DNA of 64,000 nucleotides from Octopus bimaculoides (Eukaryota): NCBI RefSeq assembly GCF_001194135.2, contig NC_068992.1, positions 33,521,238 to 33,585,237 of the forward strand, given 5' to 3'. Positions within the stretch are counted from its first letter, which is position 1. Every line of letters starts with the position of its first letter. Below the pieces are notes generated by a model, which was given only the letters and a program-made list of their open reading frames with translations, was not told the origin of the DNA and did no database searches. The position numbers and the translations under genes are program-made. Below, in pieces: positions 12,401 through 26,024 of this stretch.

Positions 12401-14399
12401 TTTGAGGCTCATTTTTTTTTTTTTTTTGTCAGTGATAACCTGTTTATGTAATTTTTTTCTATTGAATCATCCATCTCATCTCATCTCATTAAAAATGATG
12501 ATGAAGATGGAGATGATGATGAGGATGAGGATGATGATGATTCAAATCTCAAATCTGTTTTCTTTCCACAAGATAGGCATGATCAGTTGTAATCTAATTT
12601 AACTTTGATTTTATATGAAAAAATTTACTAAGAACAAATATTATTATTTTTATTATTGTTAGCACTATTACATGACCATAATCTCGTTCTTTGGACTTAA
12701 TTTTGTCGAACTAACATGTAGGTATTCTCTTCTCACTGAAAAAGCTGACTGACTTAAAGTGCACATTCTTGTTAAATTGTAAACTAGTGAATGATGATTG
12801 TTGTTTATAGCTTTGCCGACAGCTTTGTGAGCTTTTGTCACCATCTTGGCTATGATACAAAGATCACTTATCTTGATTATAACGACAATTTTGATTTCTT
12901 AAACTCCTCTAACGATTCCCCAGCCATGCTAGAGAAGCTCACAAGGGATTGAAAATCAGTTGACTTTTAAAAAAATGGCTGATCTGATAGTTAATAACTT
13001 CCCTTTCAGGTAATTGAATTAGTTGACTTAGAGTTAGTTTTCTTTTTTCTACCAGCCCCACCCCCAATGCAATGATAAAAGTGAGAGATACACATTGCTG
13101 TATTCAACAAATGTGTGATCTCCAATCTCAACTGGAGGTTATTCTTCACATAAGTTCACTTATTCCAGACACTCTTATATTTAAATATCCTCCAGCTGCT
13201 ATTAATATGTACTACATGATCAGTACATTGGTCAAGTCTGGGTGCCTGATCTGCCAGTATAATACCTTATGAAACCACAGCCAACAGTAATATGGACTTA
13301 GCAGTTTCTTTTAGTTTTTCAAACTCCTCTACCTTTCTTCCTTATCTGGCCCTCATATTTAGGTTAACGGTGATACCACATTGGTGGTGAATTGAAGACC
13401 ATGACTATAAACTTCACATTCAACATATAATTTTTGTATCTATTGTAGTTGATGGCAAAACACAGACACAGATTCAAAGAAGGATATAAGCCTGCAAGAC
13501 AAAATATAACACCAGTATAAGTAAATAAATAAGAGAAATGAAATCAAAATTTCAAAATTCATTAAAAATTTTGATACTTTGATGTAACATTCATTCACAG
13601 AAGTTATACACTTTGGCATAATAGATCAAAAATATGATGATATAATTACTTATAACTCAAAGATGCTGATAAGTAGTTCTTAGAAGTTATTTCAGTTTAG
13701 CTGAATTGTAAAGAATGAAATAATTGTTTATGATATTTTCCTTTGTTGTACTTATGTTCATCACATGATTAAGTTAGTTTCTTCAAAGGCTATAAACTGA
13801 ATCTAATTTAAAAGAATATCAAGACATTAGTCAATTTTCAGTGCTCCCACTATCTTTAGTTTGAAATGTACTCTGTTGGAGTATTTTAGGTTTAGAAAAA
13901 TTCTTACTTAGCAAAGGTATTCAGGTCAACTGTTTTTTGGTTTTTACACTTTATCTCCTGTACACACAGCACAAAAGTATCATGTTAAAACAAAAGGAAA
14001 CCGCCCCCCCCCTCCCAAAAAAAAAAACAATCTAAAAGAAGTAGACATGCAGCATTGTCAAAAATAAATAGTAAAATTAGTTTTAATGTCTCTTAGAAAA
14101 GGTTTATACTAATTGTACTCCTTTAAGCAATTCTACTACACCACCTTTACTGTCATCCTCCATTCACATCATTTACCCATCCCAGTGCAGTCTGTTGCAC
14201 ACAATAATTGATTCCTCTTATAATCAGTTTGTCTCTCAGTTCATTTATACTTATTTATCATGGCATATCCAGTGACATTTGCTTATCCCATCTGCTTGTT
14301 TTCTACACTCAAAACCAATGTTTTATTGTTATGTAGCAGTGCATTTTACATACAAACAGCATGCAATATGCTCAACTCATTCTTTTTCGAAGCATCGAC

Positions 14400-15180
14400 A
14401 CCCCACTGCCCCAATATAATCAGGTCACCAAGGTAGCAAAAGCTTTTAACTACATTTAGAGAGCCTTCTAGGCTTTCTCGGCTTTTGAGAAAATCTATTT
14501 CCTGAGCAGTTTTAGTGCTTATTTCCCCAATGCACCTGCTGTATCTGAAATTTATTTTCTTTTTTAGCCAATACACTGATTACACTGGGTACACCTTAAA
14601 CAATTTCTACTGATTGATTTTCTGCAGGTGAAGAAAAACCATTTTCCTGATTCTATAAGCATCGTGTTCCCTTCCTACTTAATAAACAATTCTTTTTACT
14701 AAGTATACTTTATGGCACTTCAATTCTGGATTTTGTTTCCCTGTCTGGGACTCAAGTTTGAATTCTTTGGCTGATTCTGCTATTAAGAGCCAATTTGTCA
14801 GTATACAGGAGTATCTTAAATTCCTGCTATCATTTGGAAGACTAGTAAATTTGGCAGGTTTGAGAACTGAGCTATGATGTACCGTTTCCTGCTCACTAAA
14901 TTCATTTTTGAACTCAATTCTGATTTTTACTTTGCTGATTGCCTCTTTGTACATTGCCTGAATATCCCATAAAACCTTCCATTTATACCTAGTTTCGTTA
15001 GTGACCATCAAATCACGTGAAGGACCTGTCAAAGACTTTGGCATTGAGAAGTGCACCAAACTGAAGAAATCATGCCAAAACCAACACTGCAGTTCAACAC
15101 CGTACTCTGGTCCATAGGGTCCTACCAAACCATCCAAACCATGCAAGCAAGGAATGTGGATGTGAAATGATGATGATGAC
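14400..15180 (-). mobile_element. Degenerate RTE LINE fragments with LINE-tail repeat
   Basis: AMYKEAISKVKI..HHSSVLKP, VVKSFCYLGD, and a gat-rich tail at 15165-15230. Confidence 0.6.
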
Positions 15181-15727
15181 AACAGTAATGATGACAGTGG
15201 TGGTGGTAGTAACAATGATGACAATGAGGAGGAGAATGTTTATCAGCATCAGGTACTATAAGTAAAGCACAAAACGTGAATAGCATTGCAGAATGAATAC
15301 ATATTAGGCAATATACTGTACAATTCTCCCTTTATGAAGTTTTGAAAAGGTACTTATTTGACTTTTCATAGCTTTGTAATATTTGCATGTATATATCATG
15401 AAACTGTATAGGAATAGAGCTAATGTAATTTGTATAAAGACAGCCCTATGTTTTTATAAATATATGTACAACATACAATATTAACAGACACACACACACA
15501 TATATATATATATACAAACATGCACATACATATGAGTATGCATATATGTACCTATATCTATATATGTATATCGGTCTATCTATCAACAACTCCGAAACAC
15601 ACATAAATATATAATAATAATAATTATAACAATAATCTTTGGATGGAATTTATAAGCATTTAATGCATTGCTATGTGCATTTACATGAATCACATGACTC
15701 TTAAGATCACAGTCCGTATTCCTGGGA

Positions 15728-15994
15728 TGATTACAGTGTAGTCTGTAGTATCCATGGTTATTGGGTTGAACATTTCCACTGACTCATTTCTTCAAGCGAT
15801 ATAACATCAATGGATGTTTAACAGAGTTTATCCCTTTTGACTAGTGCAATCATCCATTGAACATCTGTTAATGGATGATAACATAAACAGTTACCATCTG
15901 TTAAACTTCCATTAATATTATATCGCCTGAAGAAATGAGTCCATGAAGATGATCAACGCAATACCCACAAATACTATAAACTATACTGTAATCA
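15728..15994. repeat. Foldback with ~98-bp arms, each carrying a degenerate hammerhead core
   Basis: Arms 15728-15825 and 15898-15994 are reverse complements. Read outward they give (c/t)tgaaga aatgagtc..g(g)aa(a/g). Confidence 0.7.
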
Positions 15995-16394
15995 GTAAGA
16001 GACAAGATGCTGCTCAAGCCCTTGGCTTGAGTTAGTAATAAAGAGAACAGGATATTTAGCTATAGATAACAACTACTAACCATTGCAATCACTATTTAAA
16101 TCAGTCACAAACAAGTATTTAACTGCAATTTCAAGACTAATTTGTGTGTTGCACAAATTGTAGCCTAACTGCATTATATCATTATATCTAACTTATATTT
16201 TCTAATATATGAAAATATTCCAATATAACATGTAAAAGCAAAGTTAAGATATAAACTCAGAAGAGGAGATGTAGTCTATTAATTCAAATTTAATATACAA
16301 CTGGTATTTATTTTATTGATCCCAGAATGATAAAACACTAAGCTTTTTGGAAAAATAACTGAGGATGCAGGTATAAGAAACTACATAATATAAG

Positions 16395-16525
16395 GATGGT
16401 GATGATTATGGCAACAATGATGGTGGTAGGGCTCATAGTGGTAGTGGCAGCAGCAATGGTGGTGGTGGGGTTCATAGTGGTAGTGGCAGCAGTAATGGTG
16501 GTGGTGGTGGTGAGGAGGATGATGA
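16395..16525. repeat. GGT/GAT/GTA trinucleotide low-complexity tract
   Basis: Read directly from the sequence. The poly-Thr ORF 16338-16535 is an artefact of this tract. Confidence 0.8.
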
Positions 16526-19500
16526 CAAATAACAATATTTCTCTTCCATCTACATCTACAAATTAATTATGGATTTTTAGTTTGGGAATATGCAGGTAAT
16601 TCTCTATTAAGCTGCAGTGAAGTGTTCCAGAAAATATTAGTAAGGAATGTACATTATAAATATTATAATAGCAACGTTGGACCACTAATTAGGAAACCAT
16701 GTATTGTGAATATCAATGTAAAGTCTCTTTATTGATTTATGGACACATGGACAGTAAATTACCAAAATCCTTTGATGGAATATTTACTATGACTTGCTCA
16801 ATTGGAGACAATCCATTAGCTAAAGAGAAAAGAAATTTATAGAGAAGTGCTCTATGTAACTGTGTCACAGAACAACTTTCTGATCAGGTTTTGGCCAAAA
16901 TATAGAATGAGTCGAATAAACATCATAATATTATGACAACATTATGGCAATTTTGTTACATATTATAATACATATAAGGACTGTAAAACCTAATAGAAAC
17001 TTACATTCTTTGAAAATCAGAAATGCGTTTCAACCTTTTGATGCTAGGTTGTACCTAATAATACCTAAAATATTAGATATATACTTGAGATCAAATCAGT
17101 GAAAGATGGTTGCTGATTAATGAAGTTTATATAGTTGATTCATTTATATTCTCTTTCTTTGCTCAGTCACTGTTTTGTATTCTCTATACTTTCTTTGTTT
17201 TATTTCATAACAAAGATATTTGATTGCAAAATATCAAAGGTTAAGAAAATTAGTATTTTAATTGAACAGCTTGAATTGTATAGTTTAATTGTATAGTTTA
17301 AATTTTGTGACAATCCAACAAGAGAGTTGAGAAATGTACAAAGTAGCATTGTATGAGTCTACGTCATAGAGAAACTGACTGAAGATATTTTACCAAAATA
17401 TTGAATGAATTAGACAAACATTGTAATATGAGTGGCAAACCACTTTCAAAAGAACATTAAAAGGCACACTAGTAATATATTATGCAAGTTTTGCACTGGA
17501 AATATTTTATTATTGAATCTCCATCTTTTCCTCATATTTCTTCCTTTGAAACAGAAATATTAAGCTAAACTTCAGAACATAATGCTTTTTGATTGTCAAT
17601 CTAATTTCAGCATCTCAATGTTTCTGTTAAACTGTCAACCTTTTGTTGTTTTGTCCATTGTCTTCCTTCTTAACTGAAATAAATACCATTTTGAACAAAG
17701 AATCCATTATAGTAAACAATAATTTTCTAATATAACATCTTTGACAATCAGTCAAGTATCAAATCTATCTATACCAGGCCTAGTATATGAGATGAATTTC
17801 TTAAGTGAATACTTTAAGTTTAAATGAACACATTAAAGTTGGCCGTATGTTTAAGAATTTTATGTTGCAACCATGAAGTCCTAGTTTAGATCTTGCTGTT
17901 GGCTGAATCGACCAATATTTTATGCATGAAATTCGCTATACCAAAATTGTGTAAAGTCTCTCATGTAGGTGTGTATATATACTTCACTAATATATTTAAC
18001 AAAAGATATAAATATCAGCACCAAAACTGATAACCCCAGTGCTTTCAAGCTGAAATATCATGTGCTATTTGTTCCACTTAAGTTGCATGGACACTTCGAA
18101 GTTACTCTTGGTACTGTAAATGCAGTGAACCGGTTTGGCCTGTTGGAAAATTATAGACAATGATTTTACTGTTCAGAAAAATATGATATAAATATAAAAG
18201 ATAAATTCATAAATTTCTCATTATGTTAATGAGAAACAATATAACGTATGAAAATCATTCTGTTCATTCTAAAGGAATATTAAAAATAAACTCACAATTC
18301 AAAGAAACTGATAGTGGTCTGTGCCTGCAGAAATTCTACATTGAGGATCATTCACTTGCATGAATTTGAATTCTGTGATGAGAAAATGAATGTAATATTT
18401 TGGGAATGACTTCTTTTAGATGTCAGGATGAAAAATAACTTTTCTTTTAGACTAAGAACAGTTTTAAGTGGTCCTAAGTCATCAGATTTCTCTTCACAAA
18501 GTTTATGAACATCTCCAAACTAATGAACTTTGCAACCAATTAAAGCAATAATTCTTTCTGTAAATAAAACTATCTTTTCATTTTGTTTAGCTCCAGATCA
18601 AATTATCCAGCACAGAGCAGCTCAATGTTTGAAGAAATTCTTGCTGGGTTTTTTGATATCTAAGACTACATTGTCTAGTAGGCCATTTTTAAAATAATGA
18701 AAGAAAAAAGATGGTAAAATAAAACTTGAGAAAGATTTGGCTGCTGTTTCTAGAAATTCAAGCCACTGTTAAAAGGCTTCCTCTTGGGCTCTTATAATCA
18801 ATTGTTACAATATTTGACAAACTGATTTCATTGGCTGTTACAGAACATCTGGGAAGAGGCATGACCCTGTCCATTAGATGTTTGATTCACAAACTGCTGT
18901 GTAGTTCTGTGCTTGAATTTACTGTATGGAATCTAGGCAAATATCTTACCATAGTCTAAGTTTCACCATTACCTTGTGAGTTGAATTAAGTTTATGGAAA
19001 ATGTGTAGAAGCCTGTCATACACACACTCATATACATCATCATCCTTATCATGTAATATATGGTTTCTATGCTGGCATGTGCTTAATGGTTTGAGAGAAT
19101 TGGACAAAATGGAAGGTTGCATAATGCACCAATACTATTGGTATAGTTTTTTTATAGCCAGATACCCTTCATGAAGTCAACTAATTTACAGAGTATAGAG
19201 GTTGTTTTTTCCTGACACTCGCTAGCACTGGTGATGACTGCCTTGTAACTTGCAATGTGAAGGTCCTAAAGTGGCCCCTATAAGAGAGATTGAATAAGAG
19301 AAAGTAGGTGATGAAGGGCAGCAAATAAGAGGAGAGAATGGAAGAGTATAGCAGGGAACAAGGGAGAGGAAAAGGGATAGTGACAGGGGTTACAGAGAAA
19401 AAGGGAGTAATAGAGTTGAAAGGTGATAGGGTGGATTGTGCAAGGGATGGATTCTAGGGCTAACATTATAAGAGGCAAATATGGACTGATGTATGGGAAA

Positions 19501-21314
19501 GGGGACAGGAAAGGAGCAATAGAGCAGAGAGTCATTGAAAGAAACTGAAGTATGGGTATTTGTGGGGGTTGGTTAGAGGAAGAAAGAAAGGAGCAGATAA
19601 TGAGAGAAAAAGAAGCAGAGAGTGGGGTCAAAGAGCTACTGAAGAGTACCAGATAGGCAGGAGGAAGAGAAAAACCAGGGTGTGAAGGCTGTGAAAGCAT
19701 CCTGCATTGGGAAACAGGGGAAAGGATGGTAAGTGAGATTGGGAAAACCAATAAGGGAAAGAAAGATCTGAAAGTAGCCTAGATTTGTAAGGACAGGTAG
19801 TAAGATATTTAAAAGAAAAGCTGTGGAGTAACCCAGGAGGGAATGTGCTGTGAATGAGGAAGAGACGGAAATCTTGGAGGGCTGATGTAAGATGATGGGG
19901 GCAATAGGCTGGGCTTGGTAGAGAACAGTATGTATATATGTATGTGAAGGTGAGAGAGTGAGAGATAGGGAAAATAGAGAGAGTGTTGTGTGAGAGATAG
20001 TATTAGAGCTTCTTAATCATTGCCTGTTCATTTGAGTGTCTTTCCTGCGAGTAGATAGGTTCGTGAGTAGCACTGCATAATACCAGTCAGTATATTCCTT
20101 TGTCATCTCTGTGAGAAGTAACATCTTCAGTTCTGGCTTTAATACTTCCCCCAGTGTCTTCTTGAGTTACCCTCTTCCACAAATTCCACTAACTTAGAGT
20201 ATGTAACACTGTATGCAGCAGTCACTCTCCGTACATATTACATACTTGTATCAGTGCTGCACACTTCACCTTACTCATCTTATACCCAGTTTTAATTTTA
20301 TTCAGGCATTCAAGTTAACATTGCACATCCATCAGAGTATGCTAGCTTCATTTCTTTCAAGTCTTTTCTGACGTTCTCCACTCAAAGCCCATAACTTTGT
20401 TACCATGCAATATTGCAGTTCTAAAAGAAACTTCCACACTGAAGGAAAAGACCTTTGTTGCCAGTAGCAGTAATAGTTCCCTGAATATTTTGCTGTCCAT
20501 TCTTACCATTACTGCTATACTTGTCTCTTTCAAAAGCCAAATAATGAAACAACTGCACAGAACAAGGAAAGACTTATTCCTCACATTCTCTTGTCATGAA
20601 AAGATTTCTTCTCAATGTCAAAGGCCTAGGCTACACAATCTTTGTTGTGTCTCCCTTGGTGTATATTGCCAAAAGAACACCAGAAAGACAAAGATTAATC
20701 TTTAGAGCAAGAAATGATTCCAACTCTAATCCCTTTCTAACTTATTTGAGCTTCTCAAAGATAAAGTATTTTAAAATCTTAGAACATTGCTGCTGCTGCT
20801 GCACACACAAACATGCTACACAAAATCTCCACTGATTCTGATTGCTAAGTGTTTTGCAACTAGCTCACAGGTGTAATCAAATGATGAGGTGTTTTCTCTA
20901 CTTTTTCTACAGCTAATAAACAAAGGTCCCATATACTCCATAAGTGGATAAATATATCTCACTTCCTGTTAAGCTTATTGCCACATTTCACACACAAAAC
21001 ACTTCACCCAATCCTTTCTTCAGAGAAAAAGCTTCCCTTGAAATTTTTTCCAAACCATATTTTTCTTACAAACACTAAATTATAAATACTTCCATATCTC
21101 TCAGGGAATATCAATTTTTCTACTATTAATATTGTTTTCTGGCTGTTTTCTCTGGCCTTAAATTTCTAAAATGAATACAATGCCATAACTTTACTATAGT
21201 TTGGGTGAATTGATTTAAAAAGGCTGCTGACGATCATCAGTTACTGATTCACTCAATGTGAATGATTTGTTAGAACACTGAATACTATAGTATTCTCCTT
21301 GAGTGGTAAATACT

Positions 21315-21445
21315 GAAGTTTCCATCTACTAAATCCACTCATAAGGCTTTGGTAGGTCTAAAGTTATTGTAGAAAACACATGCCCAAGGTGCCATGCAGT
21401 GTAACTGAACCTAGATTCTTACCACACTGCCATGCCCGCACCTAT
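21315..21445 (-). mobile_element. SINE (56268 family)
   Basis: Reverse complement of the SINE head and body. Confidence 0.7.
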
Positions 21446-21464
21446 GTATATATATATATATATA

Positions 21465-22620
21465 TACCACAGATATATATTATAAACACACAGATACACA
21501 TTAATACCTGAATTTTAAATTGCCCCATCCACCGCATACAAAACGTAGCATCCTATACTGCTTAGCCAGAAGAATCTGTACCATTGTAGAAGAATTGAAG
21601 ATCAGGAATCAGCACCTGATGGAACTGAAAGAATTTCTGCTCAAACAAAAATATCCATCACTACTTATAGAAAATGGTATTCAGCGGGCTCTGAAAATAC
21701 GCACACAATAACTGTGGACAACACAAAGAAGATAAAAACAACAACAGATTATACCATTTATAGTGACGCACAATCCATGCCACCAGAACATCTTCAATAT
21801 CACTAAAGTAAACCTACCGATCATTGCTCAAAGTAAGGAATTAAGAGATATCATTACAGACCAAACTATAACTCTCAGTAAATGACAGCTTTAAAGCTTG
21901 AAAAAGTTATTAACAAAGACCAACCATTCATTGTGTCTAAATACACTGATAGCCAATTAATTCATACTGGTCCATATATGAACACAAAAACGGAGAAAAT
22001 ATTCACAAAAGCAAATATGAACTGCAAAAGCAGAAATTTAATCTACTGTATCAAATGCCCTAATTGTGAAGAACTGTATGTTGGCCAGACAGGCAATGCA
22101 CTATCAGAACACTCATGTGCACTGACAACAAATTAAAAATCCAGAAGTCCGCCAAATACCACTGAGTAACCATCTAGCAATATGTGGCCAGAAAATATTT
22201 ATGATATTTCCATTTCATAAACTATACAATCTGAATGAAATGGAGAGAAAACTTTAGAGAAAAGGACTTTATTAATAAATTCAAACTCAATGTTCAAAAG
22301 TCTTATCCTCATATCTAAAAAATAAAAATCTCTAAAAAGTACTGCTGTCATCATTTCCAACAATAAACACTGAAAAATGGGATGGCATCATTTCTAAAAA
22401 TAGACAAGCAACTACTACTTCTATCCACAGGAATATATATAAGGGACAAAATTTAACCAATCAACCACAGTTGAAACCAATGAACACAACTATCACCACA
22501 ACCATATGAACCTGAAGATTGCATAAATGCAAGAAAGTATACTAGTTCAATAAGAATGGACATTTAATATTTCATTTTTTCAATAAGAATAGACAACTAA
22601 TACTTCATTTCATTTCTTTT
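21465..22620 (+). mobile_element. Penelope-like element, 5'-truncated, with 3' hammerhead
   Basis: TTDIYYKHTDTH..HPPHTKRSILYCLARRICTIVEE, NCKSRNLIYCIKCPNCEELYVGQTGNAL, EKDFINKF, then the HHR at 22507. Confidence 0.9.
22507..22549 (+). ncRNA. Minimal type I hammerhead ribozyme
   Basis: UGAAC CUGAAGA UUGCA-uaaa-UGCAA GAAA GUAUAC UA / GUUCA. Stem I is 5 bp, stem II is 5 bp, stem III is the palindrome AGUAUACU, and the CUA triplet predicts a cut after 22544. Confidence 0.85.
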
Positions 22621-23187
22621 TACTATATTATTTTATATCTTATATTAATATTATAAGATTATAAATAAAATGTGAAAAACTGAGTTGGAATTCCTTTGAG
22701 TATTATATTCTTCTATACACAAACATACAAACCCCTTTGTGTATATGTGTGTGTGTGTGTATACATATGTATATTTTATATATTATATATATGTATATAT
22801 ACACATAATATATATATATATTTGAGCTGAGAAATGAATGGAATGACTGGTGTGTCTTGTGGCTACCCCCTCCTAAAAAATGGGGAATAGGCCTGGGTAT
22901 ATCTAAAAATATATATATATATATATATATTTTATTAAAAAAAATTTGCAAAGACATCACAAAAACTGTTACTCAGAGTCTCACGTTCTTGTTCATTGGA
23001 CAGTTTGGTTTGGTTTTGGTTTAGATTCCAAACCAAAACTTTCCAATAAGCAGGAACGTGGAAATCTGAGTAACAGTTCTTGTGATGTCTTTGCAACTTT
23101 TTTAATAAAGCATATTACTTTACCTCCAGTATTCGAATACTATTTTTCCCACCCTGTTTCACATTTATGTGCTTATTTGGTATTCAT

Positions 23188-23222
<35 letters not shown>

Positions 23223-23271
23223 ATATATTATATATATGTATGTATACATGTAATATCATAATATTGATAAA

Positions 23272-23428
23272 ATACTGGCGTTAGGAAGGGCATCCAGCTG
23301 CAGAAATTAAGCTGAGTCAGACTGGAGCTGGAGCCTGGTAGCAGCTCTCCAGCTTACAAGTCCCAGTAAAGCCATCTAATGCATGTCAGGATGGAAAATG
23401 GTTACTAACTGATGATGATGATGATGAT
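23272..23428 (+). mobile_element. RTE-LINE 3' tail repeat (tggcgttaggaagggcatccagctg..gatgat)
   Basis: Recurring family, also at 23748-23890 (-), 33770-33950 (-), 39830-40005 and 51860-52040. Confidence 0.7.
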
Positions 23429-23508
23429 TACATCATATCATATATTATTCACGGTGGTGCACCAGCATGACCGCAGCCACTTGGCTGAAACACATAAATA
23501 AATAAATA

Positions 23509-23548
<40 letters not shown>

Positions 23549-23675
23549 GTTATGCATATTATATATATATCATATTTTGTTATGTCCAGTGAGAGTCATT
23601 ATGCCAAAATAACACATTTCAATTCCACGCATTTGTTAAATATCTGATTGCTTTAATTTTGCTTGTCATATTATG

Positions 23676-23710
<35 letters not shown>

Positions 23711-25188
23711 ATGTGTTATATATATTATATATATATATGTTATATATCATCATCATCATCATCATCATCATCGTTTAACGTCTGTTGTCCATGGTTTGGA
23801 TGATTTGGCAGGTGTTGGTCAGGCAAAAGACTGTACTTGACTTCTGCATCTGCTTTGACATGGTTTTTGTAGCTAGATGCCCTTCCTAAACCGCTAATAT
23901 TTTTTACTAATATTTTTTATTTTTTATTAATATTTTTAATATTTGTATTATTTTTTTCATTAATTTACATAAATTTTTAACAGAAGTAACAGAGTGACAC
24001 AACGTCTGACTGTTTCATGCATTGGAAGAATTTCATGTCGTCACTATTGCAGAAAGAATAGGTAAGAGAAGAACAAAACTACAATTTTTGTGGAACACAG
24101 GGAAGAGAGTCATAGGGTTATAATTCATTTCCATTTTATCTATCTCCTTATCATCAACAAATATCTAAGACTAGAAGACTGCATATAATTAGAATAAAGA
24201 GCAAAGCGAGTTGACAGCTCATAGCTTGCTATTGGTTATAAATTTCATACTATCAGAGGTATCCACCAACCCACAAGAAAAACAAACAAAACTTTAGAAA
24301 GAGTCAATTAGATAGAAGTAAATATCTATAAAAGAGGTAGGTAGGGGTGACATTAATTCATGATGTTGTTACCAGTTAAAGGGGCAAACACTATGAAAAT
24401 GTAGGATGCTACATTGAGATCAAGGAAAACATTCTGGGCTCAGTGGGAGACCAATTATAAACAATATTATTATGCTGCATAAAAACAAAAATAAAATGTT
24501 TAAAAATTTTAGAAAAGCATATCATAACCAAGTGAGCTAAAAAGGATTTATAGATTAATTTAAACATTAAAAAGATTACTGTTATGTAGAATCAACTTAA
24601 TACCTCATCTTTACTTAATTAATTATTATGTGATCTCTATAAAGACCACTTAAACCACTTACATATGGAATTTATCTGGAAAGGTATACATGCTATCTAT
24701 TGATTGAAACTAAGGAATACAATCATACATGCAACAGCACCTGTAATATAATTTACAAGACTGTAAATCAAACTGTCCTCATTATTTCCATACCTGTTAC
24801 TTCTTTTTTATGTTACCTATATCTTTTCCTGCTTTTAATTTTAATCCCCTGCCTTTACATATATTTCTTATTATTTTATATAAATTCTTATATTTCGATT
24901 TATTGTTTTGGTTTGTTTATGTTATTAATCACTTATCTTTATGTTTAACCTTTAAATTGTTAATTTTTTTATAGTATTGAATTTTATAATTTGTATTCCT
25001 ATTTACCTTTGCATATACTAGTATAGCATTCTATGAATTATTCAGCATATTGCATTGTATCTCCGTATACAGGTAGGTTAAGATGTGGTTCAATATGGTT
25101 CTTAAATTGATATTTTTCAGTTACTTATATTTACTTATAATTATACTCTATTCTTTATATAAGCATGTATATATATATGTATATATAT

Positions 25189-25417
25189 ATAAAGTGTAGG
25201 TCAGCGGCTATCGGACGCCGACGAAGGGAAATAACCCTGAAATCCGGATCCGTTCGTGCTGCAGATGTTGGTGAGAGGGATAACTACCCTTGGCAAACAG
25301 GACACAGTCGTGTGTCGATAAGCCAGCTGGAGGAGATGTCCTCCTGGGGCTAAAGGCAACAGTAACATCCACCCCTAGGGGTCAGCCACACTTAAGTGGC
25401 AATATACTACACTTTAT
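25189..25417 (+). mobile_element. 229-bp CpG-rich structured element with a hammerhead and 11-bp terminal inverted repeats
   Basis: ataaagtgtag (25189-25199) / ctacactttat (25407-25417), adjacent to (TA)n, with multiple internal hairpins. Confidence 0.7.
25212..25256 (+). ncRNA. Minimal hammerhead ribozyme with a U4C core variant
   Basis: CGGACG CCGACGA AGGG-aaauaa-CCCU GAAA UCCGGA UC / CGUUCG. Stem III is the palindrome AUCCGGAU, stem I is 6 bp, and the predicted cut is after 25250. Confidence 0.8.
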
Positions 25418-25455
25418 CGTGCAGTTACTGTTAATACTTCATTTAGAGAATTAAC

Positions 25456-25497
<42 letters not shown>

Positions 25498-26024
25498 TAT
25501 AACCAGCAGCTAGCTATGAGCTGTCAACTCACTTTGCTCTTTAATCTAAATATATGCAGTCTTCTAGTTTTAGATTTTTGTTGATGATAAGGAGATAGAT
25601 TAAATAGAAATCAATTATAACCCTACGACCCCCCACTGTGTTCCATGGCACTCTAAAAATTGTAGTTTTGTTCTTCTCTTACTTATTCTTTCTGCAATAG
25701 TGACAACATGGAATTCTTCCATCCACTTGCTCTGTTAAATATTTAAGAAAAATTATATCAATATATCTTGTCTGTTGAAAATCCATATTTGTGCAGCTGA
25801 AGATAGTGTTGTATTTAAATTGATGTAATGATTGCATTGTTCTATTAAATGGAGCTGCTTAAAGTGGTTGTTCTGCGTTACTATTTGATATCCAGTTACT
25901 TATTTTGATTTTATTCACCCTACTTCGGGGTGTGCAGGTAATACCAGACTGACTTGGTGTTTCAACGTAAGTACCTAATTCAACTGAATCTTAATTACTT
26001 CTTATATATATATATATATATATA

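Larger units (their letters stand above)
24023..25721. repeat. Inverted repeat pair (~220 bp arms) enclosing ~1.26 kb
   Basis: 24023-24240 aligns by eye to the reverse complement of 25498-25721 with high identity and one small indel. Confidence 0.8.

Noticed and set aside
19200-20800. Purine-skewed segment and 100-157 aa ORFs
   Set aside because: Low complexity with only faint RT-like hints. Probably an ancient LINE, but not supportable.
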